Program-made: the position numbers and the translations under genes | Shown: positions 1-14,500 of the stretch, one piece after another | Position numbering within the stretch: position 1 is the stretch's first letter | Layout: every line of letters starts with the position of its first letter | Notes under the pieces: model-generated | Databases searched by the model: none | Told to the model about the DNA's origin: nothing | What the model saw: only the letters and a program-made list of their open reading frames with translations | Origin: Octopus sinensis | Lineage: Eukaryota | Assembly (NCBI RefSeq): GCF_006345805.1 | Contig: NC_042999.1 | Location: 42,098,001-42,162,000, forward strand | Length of the DNA stretch: 64,000 nucleotides | Reading direction: 5' to 3'

Positions 1-94
1 AAATAAAGGTGGTATTCCAGCATGGCCGCAGTTCTGCTACTAAAATCTTTCAAAGAATAAAATAATATAAAAATAGTATTCGTCATATAAACAT

Positions 95-410
95 GTTGTT
101 TTTGTTTTGTTTGTTCCTTCATGAGCCACGCCTGGCACATAAGAGTCGGTTTCCCGGTTTCCTTGGCGTATAGATTCCCCACCTGGACGGGACGCCGGTC
201 CGTCGCAGGTGAGCTGCAAGATGACGGAAGAAAGAGTGAGAGAAAGTTGTGGTGAAAGAGTCAGCAGAAGTTAGCCATTACCTTCTGCCGGAGCCGCGTA
301 GAGGAAAGGTGTTTCGCTCATAAACACACACATCGCCCGGTCTAAAATTCAAACCTGCGATCCCTCGACCACGAGTCCGCTGCTCTAACCACTAGGCCAT
401 GTTCCTCCAC
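95..410 (-). mobile_element. tRNA-derived SINE, family D, full length
   Basis: Reverse complement of 6141-6445. It has a tRNA-like head with Pol III A/B boxes and is flanked by an 11-bp TSD catataaacat (84-94 / 411-421). Confidence 0.85.
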
Positions 411-559
411 CATATAAACATACTAAAGGAAAAAAGAATGACCAAGAGGAACAAGAATAGACGAAAGACCGCTAACTAATCAAAACACAATGATAACTAG
501 CTGTTCACATCAAACTAGAGTGACTGATCTATGCCGAGGAAAAGAAACATAACAGCAAA

Positions 560-775
560 GAAAACAAGCTATATATATCGCCAGGTAAACGCATTAATTT
601 AGATGAAGTAAAAAAATTTGTCTGCGATCAGGTCACAGATTCGAGCGACAAAATTTTGTGACCATATTACGAACAAAAATGTTTAAGTGAAATTAACAGT
701 CTGTGTGTTTCAGGCTGTCATCCATTTCGTTTCAAATTACGATCTCAGATCAAAGCATTCTACGCAAGTATATAT
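560..775. repeat. Unclassified interspersed repeat fragment
   Basis: Shares the motif acgatctcagatcaaa and its upstream context with 3005-3350, and abuts a (TA)n tract. Confidence 0.4.
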
Positions 776-776
776 A

Positions 777-828
<52 letters not shown>

Positions 829-955
829 ATACACATATATATATAAATATATATACACATGTACACATACATACATGCATGCATATATGTGTATGTATAT
901 ATATATACATACACATATAGATATACATACATATAAACATATATATATGTGTGTA
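765..955. repeat. (TA)n/(CA)n compound microsatellite
   Basis: Directly visible; it produces the YI/HT ORF artefacts. Confidence 0.95.
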
Positions 956-1681
956 TAGGCATCGGAGTGGCTGTGTGGTAAGTAACTTGCTTACCCATGA
1001 GTTTCTATTGTCAGTGTGCGCATGTGTCATTGTGTTGTGCACTGAAGAAGATAGCCGGCAGTGTTTAGCCTGCCAAAGGAAGAAGCTGCAAGGTCAGACC
1101 TTTGTTTCTTGGGCCCAGTGGGGGTCGTTGTCTGTGCTTATATTTTTTTACAAACAAGGAGTCCTCACTGGATTTAGGATGTTGGTCTGCTTGCGGTTGA
1201 GCAATTTGGTTCATATTAAATGAAAATATTTTCTCGTTGTGAGAAGTACAGTTGTTCACTTTTTAACAGTGTATGCTTTTACAACAACATTTACCATTAT
1301 TAGAAAACTGTATTTCAAATGTTCACATGAAGTACAAATTTTTTCTCATTGTGAGAAGTATAGTTTGGTGGCGTATCCTGCCACCAAAAGTCGTTCGCTG
1401 TTTGTAAATAGTGTGTATATTTACAACTACGTTGGAAAGCTGTATTTTTCAAGTGGGGCAGTCCAGGTTCTAATTGGAGTACCATAGGGCTTTGGAGTAC
1501 CTGAATGCCCAGAAGATTTTTTGGCTGCGTTTATTTTTTTGAATCGTTGTTTTCTTTTTCTAATGTGACTTTTTTTATTGAACTGTTTGCTTTTTCTCTT
1601 TTTCCTTCTTGTTTCCTTTTGAATTCTCTCTTTCTTTCTGTTAACTATTGTTTTGGACATTTTCATTTTTTAATTTAAAAT

Positions 1682-2600
1682 ATGGCAAAAATACGGATAA
1701 GATTGTAGACTGGAAGATTGTCCCACCTAAGGAGTGATTCAGACAGCAAGAGGAGATAACGGTGGTGTTGAAAACGTATTCGAAGGTTCTCGACACTATT
1801 ACCGTCTTCTACAAGCAGATGATTGAGCAAAAGTTGGAGGAACATCTACCAACCATTAAGTATATCTCTACGGGAATAAAACAATACAACGGTGTGGTTG
1901 CTGTTGGACACCCCAGAGAAGGCTCGCAGTTTTGCGAGCCAGCCCGTTGAGGGTAAAGAAATTTTGTCTCTTCCCACTTATAGTGGGAAAAAATTGAAGA
2001 GGGCCTGGGTCTGTGGTTTGCCACCCGGAATTGAACCCCAGTGAATACAGGATACTATCCATCGGGTCTGGGTGGCAGCGGAGCCAGGTTTTTCAGTGTG
2101 AAATTTTTCCCAATCAGCCATGAATCTGGTCATTCCAGATTTTTTGGAAATGGCCAGATACAAGTACCCGGGAATTCTTAAGTGTCACCACCCCCCATGT
2201 GTCATCGGTGCCTTAAGCATGGCCATATAAAGAAAAACTGTCCTCAGGAACCAAGCAAAGTCCTGGAGCAGTCAATTGAAACCTCTGTAGAAGAGGGTAT
2301 GAAGGCGGCTGATGAGACGGAGGACTCCTCAGGGAAGAGCAGCAAGAAGATGGTGAGCAAAAATGGGTGCTCACCGAAGGATCCTGGGTATGAGAGAGGG
2401 GAGGCGAATCTCCTGGTCACGGAGGAGACGCACCCTCCCTCAGTTGAGAGGAATAAAAAGAGGAAAAGGAAAAGAAACGGGATATTGCCGGCAGTCGGTG
2501 TCATAGCACCGGAATGTCTCAGAACCTTGCCGTTAGGGATTGTGCCGCCGGCAGGGGAAGAAGCACCGTTGGGGGAATTGTACCACCAACGGTAGAATTG
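1682..2600 (+). pseudogene. Decayed LINE ORF1 (gag-like, L1/Tx1-type) with CCHC zinc knuckle
   Basis: GC-richer island with a broken ORF. ORF 2182-2595 begins with CHRCLKHGHIKKNCP (CX2CX4HX4C). Clade assignment is an inference. Confidence 0.65.
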
Positions 2601-2769
2601 ACTACCTCGAACCCGGAGGAAGAGGAACTATTGGTCTTCTTCTACAGAGGCGGAGAGGTAGAAGAGGTGGTGGAAACGCACTATAAGGGAGTACCTTAAA
2701 CCTTCACACAGGATCCCGAATGGCCTCCTCAGATAGCTGTGGAGGTCATAACGGTGTCTGTGGGATTTA

Positions 2770-2912
2770 GGCTTAGCGGTTCGGCAAAAGAGACCAATAG
2801 AATAAATACTAGGCTTACAAAGAATAAGTCCTGGGGTCGATATGGTCGACTAAAGGCGGTGCTCCGGCATGGCCACAACCAAATGACTGAAACAAGTAAA
2901 AGAGAAAAGAGA
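2770..2912 (+). mobile_element. SINE family B, 3' half
   Basis: cttagcggttcggcaaaagagacc...aaatgactgaaacaagtaaaagag matches the 3' part of 22916-23341. Confidence 0.85.
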
Positions 2913-3004
2913 GAGAAAAATATAGATAGATAGATAGATAGATAGAGGGTAAATAATTATTAATGTAATAATTAATAAATTTATATATATATATATATAT
3001 ACAC

Positions 3005-3350
3005 GCTTATCAATTTGTGTTGCAAGATTTCTTATATGAAATCGTGTGTTGAAACCGATATTGTTATATTTCGGGATGATGTTTTTTTTCTTTTTTTTTT
3101 TTAGTCAAATAAACACACGCGCGATATATATTTTTTCTTCACTCATCTATTGAAATGCAGCACGGATTTTTGTCAGTGAACAGGTCGCGGTCTTAAAGCG
3201 ACGAAAATATTTTGACAAATTAAACTTAAATGCTGAAGTGAATCGAACGGCTTTTGTGTGTTTCTTAAATGGCTTACAAACACCTTCCACGCTGCAATTG
3301 TTTTTGTTTCAGCACACGATCTCAGATCAAATCACTTGCTATGCATGTAC
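3005..3350. repeat. Unclassified interspersed repeat
   Basis: The start tgttgcaagatt...gaaatcgtgtgttgaaac recurs at ~55250-55290; the end motif recurs at ~745-765. Confidence 0.45.
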
Positions 3351-3564
3351 ATCTCCGTCATTTATTACTTTTCTCATTTTGTCAGTCTAACTCATATCCA
3401 TTGTCCGGAAATCTTTCGTCACACATCTGTAACTTCTTCAGCGACACATTTCGTTTTCGTATGTGTTCTTGCCCCACTTTCTCCATTCTGTTCTTTTAAG
3501 GTATATATCCTTATGTGCGCATTCGTTTGTGTCCTTGTTTGTGTGTGTTTGTATGCTTGAGTGG

Positions 3565-3982
<418 letters not shown>

Positions 3983-5042
3983 TCATAATATCATTTCAAA
4001 TCTGTTTGAGAAATATTTGAACGTTTAAAGGCTTTTCACTACAATTTGTTGTTTCAGTCTGTCTGTCTGTCTCGCTTAAGATTAAAACGTGTTAAAACTT
4101 CACAGTCCACTCAGAGTGCTTTGTATTGGACGGGTAGGTGCATTTCGAATTCGTTAGTTCTCTTCAACACTAGATACCAAAAGATGCAACTCAAAACTGA
4201 CTAGCGGGTTTTGCTCCTTTTAGCATCAATCATTAAATAGTCATGCTGTGTGTTTATCCCAGAATTCGAATTTCATTCTACAACGAATCTCATTGTCAGA
4301 CTATAAGTATTCGGTATTTTGGTTCATTTACATACGTTGGTTTACATGTTGTTTGTTGCTCTTCTTTTGTTTTGTTTGTTTCTTTTCTTTTGTTTCTGTT
4401 GAATGGTTTTTATTCTTGTGCTTCTGTATTTGCTATGTATGTAGCATGGTGTTTGCTTGAATTATGTTTTTGAGCAACATACTTAGGTATTTTGATACAT
4501 TGTTTTCATTTTATTGATTGTCTTCGTGTTCCATATATCTGTTAATCTTGTTAATACCACTTACTTCTTTGGGAGTTGTTTTGATGATTAGAAGTGGAGG
4601 GGTGTTTCGTATTGTGCTTAAAGATATTGATCTCCAAGGTGGAATATTTTTCTTGTTGTGAATCTTGTTTTAGCCAAGGTTACATGGTTTTAAATTCTTG
4701 TTTGAGTATAAATATTGTTGGTGGACTGATATATAAGTGTTTGTATTCATTGCTTTGCATTATGCCGATAATACACTTGTATATTTATATATATTTAGTT
4801 TGAAGAAAATCATTCTATTGACAGATATTTAAAAGTGCTCATGTATTTCATTTGGAGGATTTCTACTGACTTATGAAGTGAAGCTAAAAGAGATTTGGTT
4901 TGAAAAAACTCCTATTCATGTGAAACTAAGAGATGTGTAGTTTTCGGAAAGTGATTTTGAAAATGACTTCTTGTTTCGCGAAGATAGGTTAATACTAAAG
5001 TAGTTAGTATAAGAAAAAATGTACAAGTGACGTAAAATTTAC

Positions 5043-6110
5043 AGGGATCTGTTCTTGGCCCCCTTTTATTTCTTGCATATGTTAATGACATAGATGCCAA
5101 CGTAAAGAATGCCACAGTGCTGAAATATGCAGATAACATCAAGCTGTACTTCGAAATAAAGAGGACAGATTCTGTACCCTATAGAACTTTACTGCAATCA
5201 GACCTGGACACAATGCAGCAGTGGATCATGGACTGGCAACTCAGGCTGACTGTGGACAAATGGACTGGCAACTCAGGCTGACTGTGGACAAATGCACCAG
5301 CATGCATTTTGGGAGGAAAATCCCAGCGTCTACTTACTCCCTCCACAACACTAATCAAAAAACGTCTTCTTGTGAACGTGACCTGGGCATTATTGTCGAC
5401 AGCGACTTGTGTTGGACGAAACACAGCTAAAATTGCCAAGAAAGCTGGGGGTGTTTTGGCATCACTTACCAAGTCCTTTGTGAGCCGCTCTCCGGCTCTC
5501 TATCTGAGGCTTTATATAGCTATGGCGCGGCCTCACCTGGAATTTGCATCACCGGCCTGGAACCCCTATCTTGCCCAAGATGTTAATCGTCTGGAAACCA
5601 TTCAGCGACGTGCAACCAAGAGAATACCCTCCATCAGGCATTTGCCATACTCTGAACGCCTTAATTCTTTGGGCATGGATACATTGAAACTCCGACGTCT
5701 GGCACCTGACTTGGCAGACACCCATAAAATTATTAACCATCTTACTAACAATAACACTGAGCACATTTTCAAACTCCACCTGTCTAACACCCGTGGGCAT
5801 GTTTACAAAGTCAGAAAACAGCACAGCTCCCATGACTTTCGGAAACATTTTTTCACGCTAAGAGTTGCTGAAGTATAAAACAAACTGCCGGCATCAGTTG
5901 TTAGTTGTCGGAGCATTGCATCCTTCAAAACTTCCATGCTTCCTGAGATTCGCCTACACTACACCTGATTTTCTCCCCTCCATACACACGCAAGCATGTA
6001 TCTGACTCATACATTGTTCACTTCCCAGATATTTGTACATTACTGCATATACCTTATACGCACTTTTGACAAGTTGTGGTGCACCTGAGCACTGTATACA
6101 TTAATTTCAT
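5043..6110 (+). mobile_element. 5'-truncated CR1/L2-group LINE: RT C-terminus plus 3' UTR
   Basis: Reads QGSVLGPLLFLAYVNDIDANVKNATVLKYADNIKLY, then ...RPHLEFASPAWNPY...LETIQRRATK...RKHFFTLRV. It is frameshifted, including a perfect 32-bp tandem duplication at 5229-5292. Confidence 0.85.
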
Positions 6111-6140
6111 TATTTCATTTCAATATTCATTATAAAACAG

Positions 6141-6445
6141 TGGAGGCACATGGCTAGGTGGTTAGAGCAGCGGAATCGCGGTCGAGGGATCGCGGGTTCG
6201 AATTTCAGACCGGGCGATGTATGTTTATGAGCGAAACACCTAAGCTCCACGCGGCTCCGGCAGAAGGTAATGGTGAACTTCTGCTGACTCTTTCGCCACA
6301 ACTTTCTCTCACTCTTTCCTCCTGCATCTTGCAGCTCACCTGCGACGGACCGGCGTCCCGTCCAGGTGGAGAACCTATGCGCTAAGGAAACCGGGAAACT
6401 GGTTCTATGTGCCAGGCATGATTTGAGAGGGAACAAACAAAACAC
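6141..6445 (+). mobile_element. tRNA-derived SINE, family D
   Basis: Head gtggaggcacatggctaggtggttagagc...gggttcgaatt (A/B boxes); tail cctgcgacggaccggcgtcccgtccaggtgg...gaaaccgggaaact. Confidence 0.85.
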
Positions 6446-6461
6446 CATGGTTAGTAAATAG

Positions 6462-6900
6462 TTATGTATGTATGTATGTATGTATGGTATGTATGTATGT
6501 ATGTAATGCTATGTATTATGTATGTATGTATGTATGTATGTAGTATGTATGTATGTATGTTAATTGTAATGTATGTATGTAATGTATGGCGTATGTATTA
6601 TGTATGTATGTATGTGTGCTGTGCGTGCATGTGTGTATGTATTATGTATGTATGTATGTATGTATGTATGTATGTATGTATTTTATGCATGTATGCATTT
6701 TGTATGATGTATGCATGTATGCATGTATGTATGTATGTAGTATGTTGTAGGTATGTATGTAGGTACGTATGACGTACGTATGTATGTGTGTATGTGTGTA
6801 TGTATGTATGTATGTGTGCGTGCGTGCATGTGTGTAGGTATGTATGTGTGTGTATGTATTTAGGTATGTATGTAAATGTATGTATGTAAATATATATATA
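6462..6900. repeat. Degenerate (TATG)n microsatellite
   Basis: Directly visible. Confidence 0.95.
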
Positions 6901-8570
6901 CCCCTTGATTCTCCTTAAATTGGCCTGTGAAACAATTCTAACGACTTTATCCACTACGCTTCATTCAAATTCAACGACTGTAATATTTTATAGAAATGAA
7001 CTCCTTGAGTTTCGTGGAGAAAGCACTTCATACTTGCTTAGGTGTACAGAGAGATGAATATAAGTCGTGAAAATGATCTTCAAATAATATCTTATCTCAA
7101 ATAATATTATCGTTCACAGAATTTTGTCGTATCGGTTATATATGAGTGAGAAACAAGTTATTTCGAGAACAATTTGATGTATTGAAACAATGGAATTATT
7201 TAATCAAAAGCACCATATGGAAAACATAAGATATCAAATTAAAACAAATTTTGCTTAAATGAATACACTGAAAATATATGCTAGATCATAAATAATTGTA
7301 AGGTAACATTAACGTGGATTAACATAATAGAGAGAAAATGATAAAAGTTTGTATAAGATGTACAAAATACATTGTAATTATATAGATGTATACGAACAAA
7401 GAAATGAAAAAAACAACATAGATATCTTGCAGTAACATTGTCTATTACTCCTATCACATATCAATAATAAGTATGTGTATATCTTGAAACAGTGGCATTA
7501 TCTAATCAAATAACATAAAGACAATAAATGATATCAAATTAAATGAGTGTGAAAGTGAATACATAGAACAGAATTTAGAATAGAGATTCTGAAAAGGGAA
7601 ATGTTAAAGTCAATTAAAATAAAGTAAGGCTAAAAGAAAAAGGAAGTAGAGATAAAAAAAAAATAATGTGAAACAAATGCAGAATACTTTATAATATGGA
7701 ATAATTACTGGCTATGTGAGCAAGAAATCAGCTCAATTAGAGAATGGCAAAAAGCAAACTGCAATAAACTGAAGCAATATAAACTTAATCACGTTTAATA
7801 AATTGATGGTTCAATAGGAAATCGTAAGAATCATATTCAATAATTAAGTAAATATAATAAATGGAGAAATAATAATTGAGTCTCAGTTTAATCAATTAAT
7901 TAAATATCTCAAAACGTGGAATCCTGCCAGAGTCAAGAATTTTTGTCAGATACTATTGTGAAGTGAGTTAGTTCTCCTATTTATTTTGTTTTAAAGTATG
8001 AAAGGTATAATGAAGAAGAAAAAATACAGTTAGTAGCAAAGTATGCGTTTGTTAGAAGTAATGGCCTTCATTTTGAAATTGTTTCTATCTAGATAAAAAA
8101 TAAACCATAAATATGATGATTGAAGATTACTAGAAATATAGTAATATACTAATAAAAGTGTGTATCTGTGTGTGCGTGTGTGTGTGTGTGTGTCTTTGTG
8201 TGTGTGTGGTGTGTGTGTGTGTGTGTGTTTTAATGTTCTAAGTATCGTATTTCTGTTTCTGTCAGATGAGAGAAATTCCAAGAGTAGATTAAGTGAGTGC
8301 ATGCTGGTGAATAAGATTTTCCAACGTTCTGAGAGAAATGGGCAAAAACTTTAAATGTCACTATAAGGTTTTCCGCCCGTAAACTTTTCCATTTTATATT
8401 TGTTAAATTTAAATTCAAAATAGGGTTTTGTTGAAAGAAGTAAGCTTTTTTGTTCTAGATTCTTAAAGTGCGTATATATTGAAAATAAATTTCGGAAGAA
8501 GTGGCAATTAAACCTGTAAGGGATACAGAAGACCAGCTTGTAAATATTGTGGTAAAAGTTACCTTCCCTA

Positions 8571-8798
8571 TTCAAACCGACTCATAAGGGCCAATTTCCC
8601 GGTTTCATGGCGTATATATTCCCCACCTGGATGGAACGCTGGTCCCTCGCAGATTAGTCATTCTTGCCAGCTGAGAGAACTAGAGTGAGTGAAATGAAGT
8701 GTTTTGCTCAAGAACACAACGCATCGCCCGGTCCAGGAATCGAAACCAGATTCTTACGTTCATGAGTCCAACACCTTAACCACTAAGCCACGCGTCTC
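8571..8798 (-). mobile_element. tRNA-derived SINE, family E (CORE-like middle, family D tail)
   Basis: The minus strand reads cgcgtggcttagtggttaagg...ggtttcgattcc...gttgtgttcttgagcaaaacactt, then ctgcgagggaccagcgttccatccaggtgggg...gaaaccgggaaatt, which matches the D tail. Confidence 0.75.
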
Positions 8799-9141
8799 TA
8801 CTTAAACGCTGTGGTGCAATAAAGTGATTATTTATTTGATCTTGCAATTTCTTTCGAGTGGACAATTGCTGGTGTTAATATAATTGCACTTAGATATATT
8901 TTGGTTTGGGAAATGTCGAAGTGACTGCCACTTAAATAAAATAAAAATTAAACAATGCCACATTGTCCATCCTTTAGATATTCCGATGAAAAAATGCCAT
9001 GTAATATTTTCCATTGAATTGGCAGAAACAGGAGGACATCGGATATACATGAGTGTCCTGTTTATGTTAGAAATCAATATGCACAGTAGTCTGTTCGATT
9101 GCCCATTATCTTAATCAAATAATCGGTCCACTGCAGTCGGA

Positions 9142-9333
9142 TTACTCTTTTACTGTTTAACTTGTTTCAGTCATTTGACTGTGGCCATGCTGGAGCACCG
9201 CCTTTAGTCGAAGAAATCAACGCCAGGACTTATTGTTTGTAAGTCTAGTACTTACTCTATTGGTCTCTTGGATGTTGTGGGACAAACACAGATACACAAA
9301 CATATGCATACACATACACACACACACACACTA

Positions 9334-9368
<35 letters not shown>

Positions 9369-9386
9369 TATATATATATATATATA

Positions 9387-9419
<33 letters not shown>

Positions 9420-9581
9420 GGCGGGGTTCTTTCAGTTTCCATCTACCAAATCCACTCTCAAGGTTTTGGTCGGCCCGAGGCAAAAGTAGAAGACACTTGC
9501 TCAAGGAGCCACGCAGTGGGACTGAACCCAGAACCATGTGGTTGGTAAGCAAGCTACTTACCACGCAGACACTCCTGCGCC
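9142..9581 (-). mobile_element. SINE family B, full length with internal (TA)n
   Basis: Reverse complement of 22916-23341, with a small internal deletion. Confidence 0.9.
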
Positions 9582-10043
9582 TATTGGGTTATTGACATAA
9601 TAAGGTGATATCTACGTGGTCACTCAATTTGCAAGAAATATCATCCGCATCTCTCTCAAATCCCGCTCTATCTCATCTTAAAAATGAAGGAACATATTTG
9701 GCAATTTGGTTCTGGATAGCACAAAATGGTGATATTGTCACAACTAAAATTATGTTGATCAGAAATCTATTTGATTATGGTTGACCTTGAATAAAACAAT
9801 GAGAAAAACCTTCGAGAAAAACTAACTACATTCACTTGATGTTGTACTAATCATTACTACGGCTGCTGTTGTAGTTGGGAGAATATTTTTGTATGCGTAT
9901 ATAGGTGTATTCTATAGATGATCGTTCATTCTTTCCTTTATTTTCCCTTTAATAAGTTAATTTTTGTTGTGCGGTTCTAAAGTTGCGTCCCGTCCCAAGC
10001 TGCAGTTAATTCAGCACCGGAAATGTTCATATACATATATATG

Positions 10044-10270
10044 CTTCTTTATTATCCACAAGGGTCTTAACATAGAGGAGACAAACAAGGACAGACAAAC
10101 GGATTAAGTCGAATACATCGACCCCAGTGCGTAACTGGTACTTAATGTATCGACCCCGAAAGAATGAAAGGCAAAGTCGACCTCGTCGGAATTTGAACTC
10201 ACAACGTAGCGGCAGACGAAATGCGTAGCCGCATTTCGCCCGGCGTGCTAACGGTTCTGCCAGCTCGCCG
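10044..10270 (-). mobile_element. SINE family A, single copy (tail type 1)
   Basis: Reverse complement of the 15799-16030 unit. Confidence 0.9.
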
Positions 10271-12449
10271 ATAGTGTGTGAAGTGACTTTGCTTATAATC
10301 TTACCTTTGGCCATAACTTCAGGATCGGCAGATTCCTGTTCCCCTTTTTTATTTCTGAACGGGTGTCTATTAGAAGTTAGGCATTTTCCTTAGATCTAAT
10401 TTGTGGTCAAGAATACTGCTGTGTGACTGCCGAATTACAAGCGGGTCTTTTCTTTGATTCGTTAATCACATAAGAATCATATGTGTGTCATCATTCTTTA
10501 TACAACGAATTATGACAAAGCGTAAAGAGAAGAAAACTTTGCACATCTTTCGTCATTGCACGCATACTATACACTCAGACCCTTTATACAAGCAAACATA
10601 TGCTACACTTGAAAGGCCATCTCAGCAGGCATTTGGAAGTGTACTGTTGGTTGTAAGCCATACATTTCCAGCTATTAAGCTATTAACATGAATCACTACT
10701 CTCGGCTGTAAAGAGAACACTAAAGAACACGACTACGAAAGTTTCCTATGAATGCAATCTCTCAAACTCTGTGCAGGAAAGCAAAAATATGTGACAAGGA
10801 AATATAGCAGCAGAAAGGAAACATTTTTTTATAATATTGTCAGATGCTGCATAGCATAATAATAAAGGCAGAACGGCTGTCTCGTTTGCGCACTATCTGT
10901 ACGTTGCTTCTGCCAGTAGAATCTGAACCAGTGACAGGTAGCTCATGATAGTTCCACCTGCTAGAAATATCAGGTAAATCTCCATTGATTCATACCTTAT
11001 TGGCTTAGAAATAGGCAGTGCACATTCGATAATGTCATCCAAGATACATAATATCTGGAGAAAAAACTGCATGTCTTTAATAATAGATGTTAACCCACCA
11101 CAAAAACTATCAACACCACCATCATCACGACCACTTACCCATTATGATCAACATCACCACCACTACCACAACAGCAACAACATTCTTACATACATACATA
11201 CATACAGACAGACAGAAATCGTCTGGACAGTAGAACGATTACAAAATATATAGAATGCGAAACTATAACGCATGAACCACTGCATGTTAGAATGTTCAAT
11301 ATGTTGCCGAACTAGATGAAAATATGGCTCAGCTGGAGCTATGAATCTGTCAATCATACATTGTTGCTCGGTTGTCTACCCGTTACTATACAAAAATTGC
11401 AATTCACATTACGCTGGGTACACACCACCAAATGAATGGCATCACCATGCATTAAGGAAGAATTTTCAAGATGCACATATAGAGTTAAAATTACATTTCC
11501 CAAGAAAAAAAATATTTAATTTTGATATATCCCAGTTCTTACTTCAGCTTTCTAGTAGACCAGAATATTTCTTAAATATATACTTTGGTGATCTATCTAT
11601 GGTTCGTGACTTCAAATCCAATGATAGCTTTCATTGTGTTTCTCAGCAGAATAGTTTACGGGCCATAGGTAATAGAGATGTTGTAAATAATACCAGATCC
11701 TCTGTGAGAATTTAATTACGGCAGATTAGCATCCCATGACAAGTCGGAGAATGAAATTAGAAACCTTCCTATGCTTCTCTCTGGTTTGTGAAAAGATTAA
11801 TCGCTGCACACTGTGGTTGACTTAACAACTTACTTTCTTGTTTCGGATAATAATTTAAGAACATTCGATTCCTCTGTCCATTCGATTGCTTTGGAACGAC
11901 TGCAAAAGGTTATAATTTACATGACCCAGAAATGAAAAGGCTATACTTTATTTCATAGATTTAACGAGACCATATTTAAAAGTTTCATATACATCAGTAA
12001 CGGCCTATAAGTAAATGATTTTTATCAGGGTCTTGCCGTTTAGTTGCATGTTTAAATAGCAAGACGCGTGGTTAACCGACAAACCTGGAAGCAACATACG
12101 ACAAATCGTTTTATTAGAATATTGATTTCTTATATAGACACAAGGTCACAGATTTGCAAGTGAGGGCCGATCAATATTTTGTGACGTTCATATTTCATAT
12201 ATTATTCAACTTCATGCATTTCTCATGAGAAGTGAAGTGATTGGCATTAAGTGGAGAAAGAAGCCAGTTTGTGAACTAGCCTCATTCGAAACTTATGTCT
12301 TTACAATACTATACTCTATAGAATATCAATTCTGATAAATATTTGAAATGGCTGACAACGTAGGAACAAAATTTTGCTATTTGTTAGGTTGTTCTTGATG
12401 AAATAGTTATACCTTGGGCTTTTCAAGCCATCTAAGATCGGGAACATTG

Positions 12450-12750
12450 ACGTGGTTAATGCGTTTCTTGAATAAATTTACTGCAATTTGACAACTGCAG
12501 AAAGAACATGAGTATGGAGGGATTTCTAGTGTGGGTTGGTATTCTGAAGGGTGGGTTAGGGTTTAATGCGGATGCTTTGGATGGTGAATGCTGAAGTGCT
12601 GACAAGAGAGACGAATGGATTGCAAGAAGAGGAGGAGAGATGTTATGAGACCTGCCACACCGAAGAACAGAAGACAATAAATGTAGCAGCGATAGAAAGG
12701 GCAGAGAGGAGATACAGCAATTCCGTGGGAAAGAATTAGAGGAGGTTCTT
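12450..12750 (-). mobile_element. Highly decayed LINE 3' fragment (CR1/L2/Jockey-like)
   Basis: The minus strand has weak remnants resembling RT C-terminal motifs (..FYRCY.., ..FKKRIN-like end); it needs frameshifts. Confidence 0.35.
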
Positions 12751-12937
12751 ACGAATTAGTTCATACCTCACCTGAGATAACTTTGTTCTTCATTCTTTTA
12801 AATCTCGTGAATTACCAAAAGAAAGAAAATTAGCGTACCAGAGTTCAAAGGTACAATTATTCTTTTTAAAAAATCCTTGAGTAAAGGATAAAATAGTATC
12901 GGCAGAAAGCAGTACTGTCATCCTGCAATATTTCTTT

Positions 12938-13100
<163 letters not shown>

Positions 13101-14039
13101 GTTGTAAACCGTTTCAGTTAGAATGAGACGGTAGTAGAGCTGAGTAAAAAAGCAATGGTTGTAACATGAATCAAAACTGTATTCCGAACATGAAATCCAA
13201 GGAGATTTACTACAATCTATTCTGTTACTGCTTACACACAGTCTCAGTCTAGACCAGGTATTCCTATTATCAAAATGCGCAATTCATGGCCATCACTACT
13301 CATTTTCTGATAATGCATTGAATACTACATATCCTAAACTATCCTTCTTGCATGTAATTTTATTCAAGTCGTACTTTTATTCAGATCACAAATTACGTGT
13401 GGATAGAAAAGAATTTGGTTGTTATTTCAGGCACCAGGAGTGACTTCGTACAGCCCCAACACCGCCACCACCATCACTTCCATCGCCACCACTCCAGCCA
13501 CCATCATTGGCTCGTTTATCACCAGTCCACAATATCAAGTATAAAATTAAAATGAAAAGACATTATATTGATTCTTTGTTAATTTCTTTGAGTTCATCTC
13601 CTCCAAAATTGTTCAATTACTTCGCTATTTAAAATGTAAATATGCAAGATTGGAAGATAACTTTTATCGACCCAAGTTTTATGCGTATCAAATTAGCTCT
13701 ATAAATATATCTCTTCTAAAAGATGAAAAAAAAAAAACGCATACACACACAGAGAAGAGACAATGGATAACTCTAAGTTCTATTATTCTGTATCATCAGT
13801 ATGTTAAGTCCATTGAGCATTGTTCGGACGCCAAGTAACCGGAATGATTGTTAGGAAACCTGATTGTAACAAAGGCCTTGTTATCGTCATTTGCATATTA
13901 TTTCTGAATATAGTCATATTTTTCAAGTTTGTCTAATTTTCTAAAGTGCTTTGTTAAATAAAAGAAATGGAGTGAGGGGGGTGGGGGGATATTTTAACAA
14001 AATGAATACACAGCCAAACACGCAAATAAACATACAAAC

Positions 14040-14113
14040 ATACTTGTATACATACACACTCACACACGTACGTACATACATACATGCATACATACATACA
14101 ACATACATACATC

Positions 14114-14159
<46 letters not shown>

Positions 14160-14500
14160 AGAGAGAGAGAGATGAGAGAGAGAGAAAGACAAGAGTAAGA
14201 GTAACAGAAACAGACGAATGTGTAAAGTATGTGTTTGAGAGGAAGAGAGAGAGACAGACAATGAAAGAAAGAAGAAGAAAGAAGAAAGAAAGAAGAAGAA
14301 AGAAGAAAGAAATAAGAAAGAAGAAAGAAAGAAAGAAAGAAGAAAGAAAAAGAAAGAAAGAAGAAGGAAGAAAGAAGAAAGAAAGAAGAAAGAAAGAAGA
14401 AAGAACGAAAGAAAGAAAGAAGAAGAAAGACAGAAAGAAAGAAGAAAGAAGAAAGAAAAGAAGGAAGAAAGAAAGGAAGAAAGAAAGGGAGAGAAAATGG
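14040..14500. repeat. (TACA)n, (TA)n and purine-rich (AAG/GAAA)n tract
   Basis: Directly visible; source of the K/R-rich and F/S-rich ORF artefacts. Confidence 0.9.

Noticed and set aside
4240-4790. Minus-strand Penelope-like remnant
   Set aside because: Only faint motif echoes (IPPW.., KHNS) requiring many frameshifts; not supportable by eye.
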